Source: Deltaproteobacteria bacterium (lineage in GTDB: Bacteria > Desulfobacterota > Desulfuromonadia > Geobacterales > Pseudopelobacteraceae). Taken from it: DNA of 64,000 nucleotides. Below, piece after piece: positions 44,372 to 54,000 of the stretch. The number at the start of each line of letters is the position of its first letter. The stretch's first letter is position 1. Below the pieces are notes generated by a model. It worked only from the letters and a program-made list of their open reading frames with translations. It searched no databases and was not told the DNA's origin. The stretch covers positions 26 to 64,025 of the forward strand of contig JAJZRX010000009.1 of assembly GCA_021850095.1 (NCBI GenBank), written 5' to 3'. Made by a program: the position numbers and the translations under genes.

Positions 44372-45061
44372 ATGCAACTGCTTACGTCTTCAATCGGCAG
44401 AAAGATCGTGATGGCGATCACGGGACAGGCAATGGTTCTATTCGCCGTCATCCATCTGCTCGGCAACAGCTCCATCTTCGGATGGCTTAACGGCGGCATC
44501 AACGCCTATGCCGAACATCTCCACAGCTTGCCTTTGCCAATCATCATCGGTTTCCGCCTGGCACTGCTGGCCCTGGTCTGTATTCACATCTGGTTCGGCA
44601 TCCAGCTGACCATCGAGAATCGCGGCGGACGTCCCCGGCAGTATGCGGTCAAGTCTACCCAGAAGGCAACCTTTGCCAGCGAGAACATGATCTGGACCGG
44701 CAGCCTGCTGGGCCTGTTCCTGGTGTATCATTTGCTGCATTTCACCTTCCAGGTCACCAGCCCGGAAACTGCTGCTCTGAAGAATCTGGTTCCGCTGCAC
44801 GACCAGATGGTTCCCAACGTGCTCGGGATGGTGGTTGCCGGCTTTCAAAACTTCTTTATAGCGTTCATCTATGCCGGCGCCATGGTGGTTCTGTTCCTGC
44901 ACCTGTCTCATGGTATTCAGAGCTTCTTCCAGACAATGGGATGGAGTTGTGACAAGAGTCAGCCGATCATCGTCAAACTCGGCACCTTGGTTGCGCTCGT
45001 ACTGTTCCTGGGATATGTTACCATCCCGCTGACAATTTTTGCCGGCATTCTGAAAGGCTAA
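44372..45061 (+). CDS. sdhC: Succinate dehydrogenase / fumarate reductase cytochrome b subunit (single 5-TM type)
   Basis: 229 aa with multiple TM helices carrying conserved His. Sits directly upstream of the flavoprotein gene. Confidence 0.8.
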   Translation: MQLLTSSIGRKIVMAITGQAMVLFAVIHLLGNSSIFGWLNGGINAYAEHLHSLPLPIIIGFRLALLALVCIHIWFGIQLTIENRGGRPRQYAVKSTQKATFASENMIWTGSLLGLFLVYHLLHFTFQVTSPETAALKNLVPLHDQMVPNVLGMVVAGFQNFFIAFIYAGAMVVLFLHLSHGIQSFFQTMGWSCDKSQPIIVKLGTLVALVLFLGYVTIPLTIFAGILKG

Positions 45062-45071
45062 GGGGGTTATT

Positions 45072-46985
45072 GTGATACTTGACGGAAAATGTCCAACCGG
45101 ACCAATACAGCAAACCTGGGATAAGCACCGCTTCGATCTGAAGCTGGTCAATCCCGCCAACAAACGCAAATATAACATCATTGTGGTAGGTACCGGCCTG
45201 GCCGGCGGCGCCGCCGCCGCTTCACTGGGCGAGCTGGGCTACAACGTTCAGGCTTTCTGCTATCAGGATTCTCCGCGCCGCGCCCACTCCATCGCGGCCC
45301 AGGGCGGCATCAACGCTGCCAAGAACTACCCTAATGACGGTGACTCGATCTACCGTCTCTTCTACGACACGATCAAAGGGGGCGACTTCCGTGCCCGTGA
45401 GGCGGACGTCTGGCGTCTGGCCCAGGTTTCCAACAACATCATCGACCAGTGCGTGGCCCAGGGCGTTCCCTTTGCCCGCGACTACGCCGGCTACCTGGAT
45501 AACCGCTCCTTCGGCGGCGCCCAGGTTTCCCGTACCTTCTATGCTCGCGGCCAAACCGGTCAGCAGCTTCTGCTGGGCGCCTATTCGGCCCTTTCCCGCC
45601 AGATCAAGCTCGGCACGGTCAAGATGTTCAACCGGCGCGAGATGCTGGATCTGGTCGTGGTGGACGGCGTTGCCAAGGGCATCACCTGCCGCAACCTGAT
45701 CACCGGCGAGCTGGAAAGCTACGCCGCTGACGCGGTCTGCCTCTGTACTGGCGGTTACGTCAATGTCTTCTATCTTTCCACCAACGCCATGGGGTGCTCG
45801 GTTACCGCCAACTGGAAGGCTCACAAAAAGGGTGCCTTCTTCGCCAACCCCTGCTACACCCAGATCCACCCGACCTGCATCCCGCAGGCCGGTGACTACC
45901 AGTCCAAGCTGACCCTGATGTCCGAATCGCTCCGTAACGACGGACGCTGCTGGGTGCCGAAGCGCAAGGAAGATTGCGGCAAGCATCCCAATGAAGTGCC
46001 CGAAGAGGACCGCGATTACTATCTGGAGCGCAAGTACCCCTCCTTCGGCAACCTGGCCCCGCGTGACATCGCTTCCCGCGCCGCCAAGGAGCAGTGTGAC
46101 GATGGTCGTGGCGTCGGTCCCGGCGGCCGTGGTGTCTACCTGGACTTCTCCACTTCGATCAAGCGTGTCGGCGCCGATACGATCAAGGAGCGTTACGGCA
46201 ACCTGTTCGAAATGTACGAAAAAATCACCGACGAGGACGGCTACAAGCGTCCGATGCGCATGTATCCCGCTCCGCACTACTCCATGGGCGGCCTGTGGGT
46301 TGACTACAACCTGCAGAGCAATATCCCGGGTCTGTTCGTACTGGGCGAGGCCAACTTCTCGGTGCATGGCGCCAACCGTCTGGGCGCTTCAGCCCTGATG
46401 CAAGGTCTGGCCGACGGCTACTTTGTCATTCCCTACACCATTGGCGGTTACCTGGCCACTGTCAAGCCGAGCGGCACCAACACCGACCATGTTGAATTCA
46501 AGAAGTCGATCGAGGATGTCAACGCCTATACCAACAAACTGCTCAATGTTAACGGCAAGAAGACCGTTTCTGAGTTCATGCGCGAACTGGGCGGCTTGAT
46601 GTGGGAAAACTGCGGCATGGCCCGCACCAAGGAATCCCTGGAGACCAACCTCAAGAAGATTCCGGCCCTGCGCGAAGAATTCTGGAAGAACGTCAAGGTT
46701 ACCGGCAGCGGCAAGGAATTCAACCAGGATCTGGAGAATGCCGGCCGCACCGCCGACTTCCTCGAGTTTGCCGAACTTATGTGCCGCGACGCCCATCACC
46801 GCAACGAATCCTGCGGCGGTCACTTCCGGGTCGAGTACCAGGATCAGGGTGAGGCGCAGCGTGACGATGCCAACTACTGCTATGTTGGCGCATGGGAATA
46901 CAAGGGTGACAACAAGACCCCTGAGTTGCACAAGGAGCCGTTGAAGTTCGATAACGTACATCTCGCTGTAAGGAGCTACAAATAA
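45072..46985 (+). CDS. sdhA: Succinate dehydrogenase / fumarate reductase flavoprotein subunit
   Basis: [15 protein letters not shown] motif, [14 protein letters not shown] (covalent-FAD His region), and HYSMGG. Confidence 0.95.
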   Translation: MILDGKCPTGPIQQTWDKHRFDLKLVNPANKRKYNIIVVGTGLAGGAAAASLGELGYNVQAFCYQDSPRRAHSIAAQGGINAAKNYPNDGDSIYRLFYDTIKGGDFRAREADVWRLAQVSNNIIDQCVAQGVPFARDYAGYLDNRSFGGAQVSRTFYARGQTGQQLLLGAYSALSRQIKLGTVKMFNRREMLDLVVVDGVAKGITCRNLITGELESYAADAVCLCTGGYVNVFYLSTNAMGCSVTANWKAHKKGAFFANPCYTQIHPTCIPQAGDYQSKLTLMSESLRNDGRCWVPKRKEDCGKHPNEVPEEDRDYYLERKYPSFGNLAPRDIASRAAKEQCDDGRGVGPGGRGVYLDFSTSIKRVGADTIKERYGNLFEMYEKITDEDGYKRPMRMYPAPHYSMGGLWVDYNLQSNIPGLFVLGEANFSVHGANRLGASALMQGLADGYFVIPYTIGGYLATVKPSGTNTDHVEFKKSIEDVNAYTNKLLNVNGKKTVSEFMRELGGLMWENCGMARTKESLETNLKKIPALREEFWKNVKVTGSGKEFNQDLENAGRTADFLEFAELMCRDAHHRNESCGGHFRVEYQDQGEAQRDDANYCYVGAWEYKGDNKTPELHKEPLKFDNVHLAVRSYK

Positions 46986-47746
46986 TGAGCGATCACCACA
47001 AGACCATGACACTGACACTGATCGTGTGGCGCCAGAAGGGGCCAAACGATCCCGGCAAATTCGAGACCTATACCGCCAAAGGCATCACCGAGCACCACTC
47101 GTTTCTGGAGATGCTGGATGTTGTCAATGAAGACCTGATCAAGTCCGGCAAGGAGCCGATCTGCTTCGACCACGACTGCCGCGAAGGGATCTGCGGCATG
47201 TGCTCGCAGGTCATCAACGGGGCGCCCCATGGTGGGCAGGATCGCACCACGGTCTGCCAGCTGCACATGCGCAAATTCAAAGATGGCGACACCATCTACA
47301 TCGAGCCCTGGAGAGCCCGCGCTTTCCCGATCATTAAAGACCTGGTGGTTGACCGCTCTGCGCTCGACACGATTGTTCAGGCCGGCGCCTATGTTTCCTG
47401 CCATACCGGCGGGGTTCCGGACGGCAATGCCATCCTGATTCCGAAACCGGCTGCCGACGAATCAATGGATGCTGCCGAGTGCGTCGGCTGTGGTGCCTGC
47501 GTGGCCGGCTGCCCCAACGGAGCCGCCATGCTCTTTACCGGAGCTAAAGTTTCACAATTTGCAGTTCTTCCTCAGGGTAAGCCGGAAGCGGCCGCCCGCG
47601 TCAAGAACCTGGTGGACGCCATGGCTTCCTGCGGATTCGGCAACTGCACCAACCACTATGAGTGCCAGGTGGCCTGCCCCAAAGGAATCAACGTCAAGTT
47701 CATCGCCCGCATGAACAGGGAATTCCTGAAGGCACAATTCGTCTGA
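46985..47746 (+). CDS. sdhB: Succinate dehydrogenase / fumarate reductase iron-sulfur subunit
   Basis: Cys clusters [21 protein letters not shown] and [12 protein letters not shown]. Confidence 0.9.
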   Translation: MSDHHKTMTLTLIVWRQKGPNDPGKFETYTAKGITEHHSFLEMLDVVNEDLIKSGKEPICFDHDCREGICGMCSQVINGAPHGGQDRTTVCQLHMRKFKDGDTIYIEPWRARAFPIIKDLVVDRSALDTIVQAGAYVSCHTGGVPDGNAILIPKPAADESMDAAECVGCGACVAGCPNGAAMLFTGAKVSQFAVLPQGKPEAAARVKNLVDAMASCGFGNCTNHYECQVACPKGINVKFIARMNREFLKAQFV

Positions 47747-47772
47747 TTCAAGTTTGATAAATTTGTGTTATA

Positions 47773-47800
47773 AGGGGCAGCCAATTGGTTGCCCCTTTTT
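47773..47800 (+). terminator. Intrinsic terminator after sdhB
   Basis: GGGGCAGCC / GGTTGCCCC stem with an AATT loop, followed by TTTTTT. Confidence 0.85.
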
Positions 47801-47815
47801 TGTCTGGAGTGAATT

Positions 47816-48715
47816 GTGGACTTAAATCTTGTACAGATTGTATACAACATTAGGTCAAATGTTCATCTGTCAATGCAGGCCATAATGCATAATGCAGTTC
47901 GAAACTTTGAAAAGTATTTCAAGGATGAGTGTTGTCTGCGCAGTGATGTTTCCTGTCAGGCCTGTAGCGATCAGGCTGAATGTCCGTATCGAATTGTTTT
48001 TGGACAGATATTGTCTACCGACCCGGAGGTTGTGCGGAAACATCAAAAACCTCCCTTGCCTTTTGTGTTTAAGATTAGTGTATCGAATGAAAATACTTCA
48101 GGTGTTGATGTAGGTATTGTGATTGTCGGAGATGTATTGTGCTATGTATCCACCTTCCACAATGCATTCATGCGACTTGTTACGTCTCTGAAAACTGAAC
48201 ATGTAAGCCTAGAAGTTGATGTGGCAGGAAAATGGTGCCTTGATTATCATGATTCACGTCACGAACTCGATACTGCATTACAGCCACTGATAATACTTTC
48301 CAGTCGTGAAATACTCCTTAACAGTCCTGTCAGTGATACGATCAGAATAATTTTTGAAACACCGGCCCGTCTTTTGAGCGGTGGTTCCGTCATGCATTCC
48401 ATGGATTTTGGTGTTTTTATTCGTGCCCAGATGCGTCGCTGTTCATCTTTGTTTGCATATTACGGCGGCGGAGAACTTGAAATGAACTATGGAGCTATGT
48501 CTGACTCAGCTGAAAGGGTTGTGCTCGTGGATGGAAATATCAGGTATTCAATGCCACAATGGTCAAAACGAACCAATCAGGCGGGTTTGTTGGGGGCAGC
48601 TGAATTCAGCGGTCTTACAGATGGTATGCTGCCGCTATTGTCATTGGGAAGTTATTTCAATGCTGGTAAAGGGGCTGTTTATGGATTGGGGATGCATCGC
48701 TTGGAATCAGTTTGA
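47816..48715 (+). CDS. Cas6-like RAMP protein (orphan), tentative
   Basis: C-terminal G-rich loop AGKGAVYGLGMHRL resembles the Cas6 signature. Cys cluster C-x7-C-x2-C-x5-CPYRIVFGQ near the N-terminus. About 300 aa and AT-rich. Confidence 0.4.
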   Translation: MDLNLVQIVYNIRSNVHLSMQAIMHNAVRNFEKYFKDECCLRSDVSCQACSDQAECPYRIVFGQILSTDPEVVRKHQKPPLPFVFKISVSNENTSGVDVGIVIVGDVLCYVSTFHNAFMRLVTSLKTEHVSLEVDVAGKWCLDYHDSRHELDTALQPLIILSSREILLNSPVSDTIRIIFETPARLLSGGSVMHSMDFGVFIRAQMRRCSSLFAYYGGGELEMNYGAMSDSAERVVLVDGNIRYSMPQWSKRTNQAGLLGAAEFSGLTDGMLPLLSLGSYFNAGKGAVYGLGMHRLESV

Positions 48716-48906
48716 CTCCTCCAGGATATGATTGTCAGCAAAAAACACCTGTTCAAGTAGGCGGCTATCGCGGCAGTAACATCTTACCTAGATTTTCGTT
48801 CTATATCCACTTCATCATTAATTTCCCCCGTACCAGTCGTTCGGAAAAACCTCCGTTTTCTAAATTGGAAATCAACAGTTTCTCGTCCGGAGTTTCCGAA
48901 CGAAAA

Positions 48907-49305
48907 CTATTTATATTCGGAAAATGCATTAGGTAATTCAGACTGGGGTAATATGTGGTATTGAGTGTGTGTATCCTTTAGTGTTCTTTCAATAATTTCA
49001 CCGTGTCTGTCAATAGTAAAATTGAACTCTTGATTTCGGTGGTTAAGGAGAAAAATATTAAATGAATTGTAATAATAAAAACATTTTATCGCACTATTCA
49101 ATTTGTTGCAGCTAATGCCATCTGCCAGATATTTCAATTCATCATAAGTTTGTACTTTTTGCATGTCCTTAATATCAATTAAACGATGTGCGCACCCGGA
49201 AGTAATCATTATTAAAATAAGAAATAAACTTGTATTGGCTATTGAAATTATATTGGTTGAATAGAAAAAAGGGCGGTTAGACCGCCCTCTCTGGATTGTA
49301 AACAT
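48907..49305 (-). CDS. Small putative lipoprotein
   Basis: Lipobox ITSGC after a hydrophobic stretch. Its start overlaps the upstream stop (TAATG). AT-rich. Confidence 0.45.
   Translation of the reverse strand: MFTIQRGRSNRPFFYSTNIISIANTSLFLILIMITSGCAHRLIDIKDMQKVQTYDELKYLADGISCNKLNSAIKCFYYYNSFNIFLLNHRNQEFNFTIDRHGEIIERTLKDTHTQYHILPQSELPNAFSEYK
49265..49287 (-). terminator. Intrinsic-terminator-like hairpin lying inside the 5' end of ORF 48907-49305
   Basis: On the minus strand: GGGCGGT-CTA-ACCGCCC followed by TTTTTT. Confidence 0.6.
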
Positions 49306-49508
49306 TACTTGTATTTTTCTAGAATTTGGTCAGTACTTGTTGTTTGCATGTGAGAAATGGTTTGTGAAAGCATCTTTGTGGTAGAGACGGTTTTATCTCC
49401 GTTTGGTGAAATAGTTTCCGTAGTGGATATGGTCGCAACGGTAGGTTGGCAACCTGCCGCCATCAGTAAACCACACGCAAGTGCAACAAACAAAATCATC
49501 TTTTTCAT
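49305..49508 (-). CDS. Small Thr/Ser-rich lipoprotein
   Basis: MKKMILFVALACGLLMAAGC lipobox. AAGGAGGG lies 6 nt upstream of the ATG. Confidence 0.6.
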   Translation of the reverse strand: MKKMILFVALACGLLMAAGCQPTVATISTTETISPNGDKTVSTTKMLSQTISHMQTTSTDQILEKYK

Positions 49509-49591
49509 TTCATTCCCTCCTTTGTTTGATATGGCACCTTTTCTGAAGGTGCTGATATATAACCAATAAGTTACAAAGTTGACACTTATGA

Positions 49592-50104
49592 TTAGTACAC
49601 AACATCTTCCAATATCCTGCTGTATGTGAGTTTAGCCCTTATTAATGAGAATGGCTTTATCTCGCCGTCTCTGCTTACCACAATTTCTACAGGTGAACCA
49701 ATATCCCCCTGGAGTGCATCGCAGTCACCTTTTTGCAATGCAGCTTTTCCATTTATGGAAATTATCTTGTCACCTCTAACAATACCTGCTTTTGCAGCGG
49801 GTGAATTGTCATATACTTGGCGCACCTTGAGTCCACTTGCGTCAGCAGAATAGAGTAATATTCCTATTGAGCCAATATTTTCTATTTCCTTATAACCATG
49901 GTTTTTTAAGTCATCAACACATCTGTTGAACCTGTTGTTAGCCAGAAGTACCCCGCCTAAACCCTGATCCTGACTAGTGCTTGCGCAGTTTTTAATTTCA
50001 CCGCCTGTACCTATAAACGTCTGTGAGTATGAAGCACAGCCAGATAAATAACACATTGCAATACAGGCAATAGGTAGTTGTGAATTTTTGAAAAATAAAT
50101 TCAT
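49592..50104 (-). CDS. PDZ-domain lipoprotein
   Basis: Lipobox YLSGC plus PDZ signature GLKVRQVYDNSPAAKAGIVRGDKIISING. The longer track ORF runs into the IS200 end. Confidence 0.65.
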   Translation of the reverse strand: MNLFFKNSQLPIACIAMCYLSGCASYSQTFIGTGGEIKNCASTSQDQGLGGVLLANNRFNRCVDDLKNHGYKEIENIGSIGILLYSADASGLKVRQVYDNSPAAKAGIVRGDKIISINGKAALQKGDCDALQGDIGSPVEIVVSRDGEIKPFSLIRAKLTYSRILEDVVY

Positions 50105-50159
50105 TCTTTTGCACCTGTCCTTTGTATGTTTCGCTACCGAATTACTGACATTTAAAGTA

Positions 50160-50790
50160 AGCATCCCCCACCAGAGGTGGGGGCTTTCAAAATCGTGAAC
50201 CGCTCGAAGCGGTTTTTTCAAAAGATTATCCGACCACCGGTGGTGGTCATGCTTCGGTTAATAGCGTCAATTGATCCAAGCGTTTGTCTTCGTCTTCCTG
50301 TCCTCTGATGTAGTTGGCAATCATTTCTTCATCTGCGCCAACTGTTGATACATAGTACCCTCGTGCCCAAAAGTGCATGCCGGAATAGTTCTTCTTCTGA
50401 CCAAGGTACATTCTGGCAATATAGATAGCACTTTTACCCTTGATGAAACCGATCACCTGTGCGACGGAGTATTTTGGTGGGATCGATATCAATATGTGAA
50501 TATGATCTGGTTGAAGATGACCTTCCAGTATCTTGCACTCTTTCTGCCTCGCAAGACTGTGTAAAAGGTCGCCAAGATCTTTCCGAATACGACCAAACAG
50601 AACCTTGCGCCGACATTTGGGGATCCATACAATATGATACTTGCAATCCCATTTCGTGTGACATAAACTTTGAGCGTCGTCCATTGAAGCCTCCATTTCG
50701 TGTACTTTGAGCGGTTCACGTTAGGGAGGCTTCTACATATTTCAGGAACTGTCAAACTATTGGGGTCCCCCACCAGAGGTGGGGGATTAC
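50160..50790 (-). mobile_element. IS200-type insertion sequence (IS200/IS605 family, tnpA only)
   Basis: A Y1 transposase gene flanked by identical 19-nt hairpins CCCCCACCAGAGGTGGGGG at 50165-50183 and 50767-50785. The outer boundaries are approximate. Confidence 0.7.
50247..50696 (-). CDS. tnpA: IS200/IS605-family transposase TnpA (Y1 HUH)
   Basis: KYHIVWIPKCRRKVL, HUH motif PDHIHILISIPP, and catalytic Tyr region RGYYVSTVG. Confidence 0.9.
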   Translation of the reverse strand: MEASMDDAQSLCHTKWDCKYHIVWIPKCRRKVLFGRIRKDLGDLLHSLARQKECKILEGHLQPDHIHILISIPPKYSVAQVIGFIKGKSAIYIARMYLGQKKNYSGMHFWARGYYVSTVGADEEMIANYIRGQEDEDKRLDQLTLLTEA

Positions 50791-50982
50791 CTAAAAGAAT
50801 TCAAGAGAATTTACATTCACGATAACGTTTTCTGAGACATTCTGAACTAGGAAGAATGTGTCTATGCTAGCAACCAATACATGTGTATGTATACAAAAAA
50901 ACTATAATAAAGTCCATAAAATTTCAGCATCTTCAGTTAGGTTTTTGCACGACGTTTTTGTGTTTCAACTGCCTGATTTTGT

Positions 50983-51243
50983 TTAACTTGCCTTGTTTTT
51001 GGTTTGCTGCTTCTGAACGGCTGCTGCTTCATTTGCAATCTGATTGCGTAATTCGCGTACCCTTGAGACCCTGACTGGTTCTTGGTGCTGCTCCCGGCAA
51101 TAGATGGCCAGTAGCAGATAGGTGATGAGACCACCAAGTATTTGAACCATGAGACCGTATTCGCTTCTGGCAATCAGGTGATACACCTTTAAGTGGCATT
51201 TCCACCAGCCAAAGAAGGGGGCACAATTCCAATTACTGATACA
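50983..51243 (-). pseudogene. C-terminal remnant of an IS4-family DDE transposase
   Basis: NWNCAPFFGWWKCHLKVYHLIARSEYGLMVQILGGLITYLLLAIY resembles the RWxIExFFKWxKxHL...Q tail of IS4-type transposases. The N-terminal ~80% is absent. Confidence 0.55.
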
Positions 51244-51270
51244 GTTTGTGGTGTGTAGTCGACATTATTC

Positions 51271-53178
51271 TCAGAAAAAGTAGTTCCACGATAGCAGCGA
51301 TTCCAATTTATCATGTTGAGATGTACTTGTATAACCGGTTTTAATTTTTAAGCTGTTGTTGCGGTTAAGTGAAATACTGACAGCTGATTCACCTTGAATG
51401 CTTGTTCGCTTCTCGCCCAAAGGAAACCAGAGGTATTTGCCGTTGACGCTGAACTGGACACGATTGCCGATATGTCTGTTTAAACCTAGAGATAAACCGG
51501 TACCGAGAGCATACCAGTCGTTTAGTCCCTGTCCTAGGTTGCCTTCGACTTCTGCCATTGCGTAAGTCAGTCCGAATAAGCTTGATTCATAAGTAATCCC
51601 TCCACCCGTATTAGCCTGAAATACAAGGACATCGTTACCGTTCTTTTTCTGAACTTGAGTCATTCCAGCTCTGATTTTCCAAGATGTGCGTTTGAATACC
51701 TGATCGTATGCTGACAGGGATACAATATCCAACAGATCGAGCCGTTCGAGTCGAACTAGCTCCTGATAGGGATAATAGCGAATAGCCATGTCCATAAATT
51801 GTATCTGGGCACCATCAAGGTAGCCTGCCCCGGGGTCGGTCATTCCGTGATATGCCGGACGCATGCCTAGTTCACTAAATAATTTGCCGCGGTCAAAGCC
51901 ACTTCCAAAACTTATGCGTACGGATGAATGACCCTGTTCTGGTCGCATTGGTTTTGGAATTTGGTAGGGATTGTTTATTCGGTTTGCCAATTGACTACGC
52001 TTTTTAAGCAGTTGCATGAATCTATTACGATACTCATCCTGGTTGATTTGCTGCTTATTGTATGAGTGCTGCAGCAGTTCAATGGCAAGGTCGAGCACCA
52101 ATGTTATGCGATCAGGGGGCAAACCTAAAGAAATATTGTCAGGTTTGTCTTTCCCGGATGCTAATCGTTGCCCAAGTGTTATTTCCTCTCTATTTATTAA
52201 CTGGGTAATAGCTTGAATCTTTTGTCTCTGGGATGGGCGGTAAGCAGTCGAGGAAATTAATCCTGATGAGCTAATAAGAAAAATGGTATCCAGGGGAACA
52301 ACCCAAGGCGCAGTCTTATCCGTTAAATGGACAGTTGGACGGGCGGCTTCAAGAAGGAATAGCAAGTTGTAAGAGCAATTTTCATCAAAGAAATAATAGT
52401 CCGAATATATATCCCGTAATTCCCAAATATGGAGTGCCATGCGCCGTACTTCATCTGTTGTCAGATTAAGTTTGTATTCCCATATGTCACGATGCTCCAG
52501 GTTACTGTATTCCCGGATTTTAGCGTACTGTGGCAAGATTGAAAAATAGCCTTTGTACAATCCGAAAACTCCTTTCCATGCATACACTATCCCGTTATTT
52601 TCATCGGTTTGGGCGGCATAATTGACCGCATAGCTCAATAGCTCACTCTCATATTCATTGCCTATTCGAATGAAGGTGTGACCAAACATGGAAGCAGGGC
52701 TGTTCATATATGCTGATGGGAACATAACGCTTGCTGATTTTGGGTTTACTTTGTTCAGGTAATTGAACTGTTCGGTGCATTCAGGGGTTGGCAGAAATTT
52801 TTTATCAATTCCAATACTATCTTTAAGCCACTCGTATCGAGCTGGGAATCGGCAGATGGGGTGCTTGTCTCCTAACTCGGCAGGTTTAAATAGTCCTTGA
52901 ATAGTTGCAAATAGCTCCGCTTCGGGATTACTCTCTCCGTTACTTGCCAGAAAAAAAGCAGGGTCGTCAATTTTACTATAACTACCAGTAATATCCGGGT
53001 AATGAAGGAGAACGCGCCATTCCCGTTTTCGGTCAAGCTGAAGGGCTCGAGCTGATTCAATCAACGCATCAGAATAACTGTTTTGCTGCTGACCCAGTGA
53101 TACAGAGGACAGTAGGAAAATAAAAAGGCATACCGGCAGGAACCGGTATGCCTTTGTTGCTCTTGGTAGTAATCCCAT
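51271..53178 (-). CDS. DUF4105 (Lnb-N-terminal-like) domain protein with a beta-barrel-like C-terminal half
   Basis: Signal peptide, DUF4105-type block (MFGHTFIRIG...YFFDENCSYNLL), and a C-terminus ending SWNYFF (OMP beta-signal-like). Confidence 0.7.
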   Translation of the reverse strand: MGLLPRATKAYRFLPVCLFIFLLSSVSLGQQQNSYSDALIESARALQLDRKREWRVLLHYPDITGSYSKIDDPAFFLASNGESNPEAELFATIQGLFKPAELGDKHPICRFPARYEWLKDSIGIDKKFLPTPECTEQFNYLNKVNPKSASVMFPSAYMNSPASMFGHTFIRIGNEYESELLSYAVNYAAQTDENNGIVYAWKGVFGLYKGYFSILPQYAKIREYSNLEHRDIWEYKLNLTTDEVRRMALHIWELRDIYSDYYFFDENCSYNLLFLLEAARPTVHLTDKTAPWVVPLDTIFLISSSGLISSTAYRPSQRQKIQAITQLINREEITLGQRLASGKDKPDNISLGLPPDRITLVLDLAIELLQHSYNKQQINQDEYRNRFMQLLKKRSQLANRINNPYQIPKPMRPEQGHSSVRISFGSGFDRGKLFSELGMRPAYHGMTDPGAGYLDGAQIQFMDMAIRYYPYQELVRLERLDLLDIVSLSAYDQVFKRTSWKIRAGMTQVQKKNGNDVLVFQANTGGGITYESSLFGLTYAMAEVEGNLGQGLNDWYALGTGLSLGLNRHIGNRVQFSVNGKYLWFPLGEKRTSIQGESAVSISLNRNNSLKIKTGYTSTSQHDKLESLLSWNYFF

Positions 53179-53645
53179 TATCTGATAGCAGTAACCGCAA
53201 CGACATTATTCATCATCTCGGCATAGGCGATTTTGTCATGGGTGAATATGTTGTCAAATGAATTGTGAAGTTTTAAAGCGAATTCACCGCGTTCGTTAGT
53301 TGGTATCTGCAATAGTTCATTGAAAGTATTCAAGGATTCACCATTTCCCACAGCAATATCCTTGGCCAGATTATCCATGTTGGCAACTACGAACTCTTTT
53401 AACCGTTCATTGTTTGCGAAATGAGCCGGTTCGCTGCAGTCCATCGTTCCTGAAGTAATTGCAAAAGTTTGCGAAGCCATGCCATTTGTTGTTGCTTGGA
53501 GAGCCTGTGAAAGGGAAGAACCATCAGCTTTGTTTTTCCAGAGTACCGTACCCAGACCGCACCCGGTATTCTGTCTGGCTGATGCGGCAAATGCTGTGCT
53601 GGCAAACATTAACAATGCTAGAGTAAAAACAGCTTGTTTTTTCAT
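53178..53645 (-). CDS. DUF3015-family secreted protein
   Basis: MKKQAVFTLALLMFASTAFA signal and a GCGLGT motif. GGAGG lies 5 nt upstream of ATG 53645. Its stop overlaps the DUF4105 start (TAATG). Confidence 0.7.
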   Translation of the reverse strand: MKKQAVFTLALLMFASTAFAASARQNTGCGLGTVLWKNKADGSSLSQALQATTNGMASQTFAITSGTMDCSEPAHFANNERLKEFVVANMDNLAKDIAVGNGESLNTFNELLQIPTNERGEFALKLHNSFDNIFTHDKIAYAEMMNNVVAVTAIR

Positions 53646-53699
53646 AAAAACCTCCATTTATTAAGTGATTTATTTTAAGGATGATAAAGGGATGGATAT

Positions 53700-54000
53700 T
53701 TAAAGTCAAGACAGATAGTTGTCTCCTTACGCAAACGGGAATTCTCAACTTCAAGCTCGGTAGCAGGACGCCTTGATCTACTGCCATTTTTGGATTCTTG
53801 ATGTAATATACCCAGTTTTTCAGCTTCATGGGCGGAACTGATAACCGATGGCCAGCCTCAACTATGCTCAAACCGGATTTTTTAACCAACGTTACTACTT
53901 CCTGCTTGAATTATTTCTGTATATTTCTGTGTAGTATGTGTCGCGGGATCTCCATGCGAACTCCTTCTGTGGAGTGTCAACTTACCACATTAGGTGTCCA
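53700..54000 (-). pseudogene. IS3-family left end with a frameshifted OrfA remnant
   Basis: Terminal TGGACACCTAATGTGG at 54000 (minus strand). Fragments FKQEVVTLVKKSGLSIVEAGHRLSVPPMKLKNWV and ELEVENSRLRKE lie in different frames. No OrfB. Confidence 0.65.

Noticed and set aside
47747-51270. A CRISPR array to go with the Cas6-like gene.
   Set aside because: Reading both strands, I found no regularly spaced 25-40-nt direct repeats. The only repeats are the two IS200 hairpins and one imperfect inverted repeat (CGTTCGGAAA...TTTCCGAACG, about 48838-48905) that looks like a convergent-gene hairpin.
53828-54000. The N-terminal 57 codons of track ORF 53828-54736.
   Set aside because: This part is antisense to the IS3 OrfA remnant and has no rSAM similarity. 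True homology begins after 54000, so the locus is called a truncated pseudogene.
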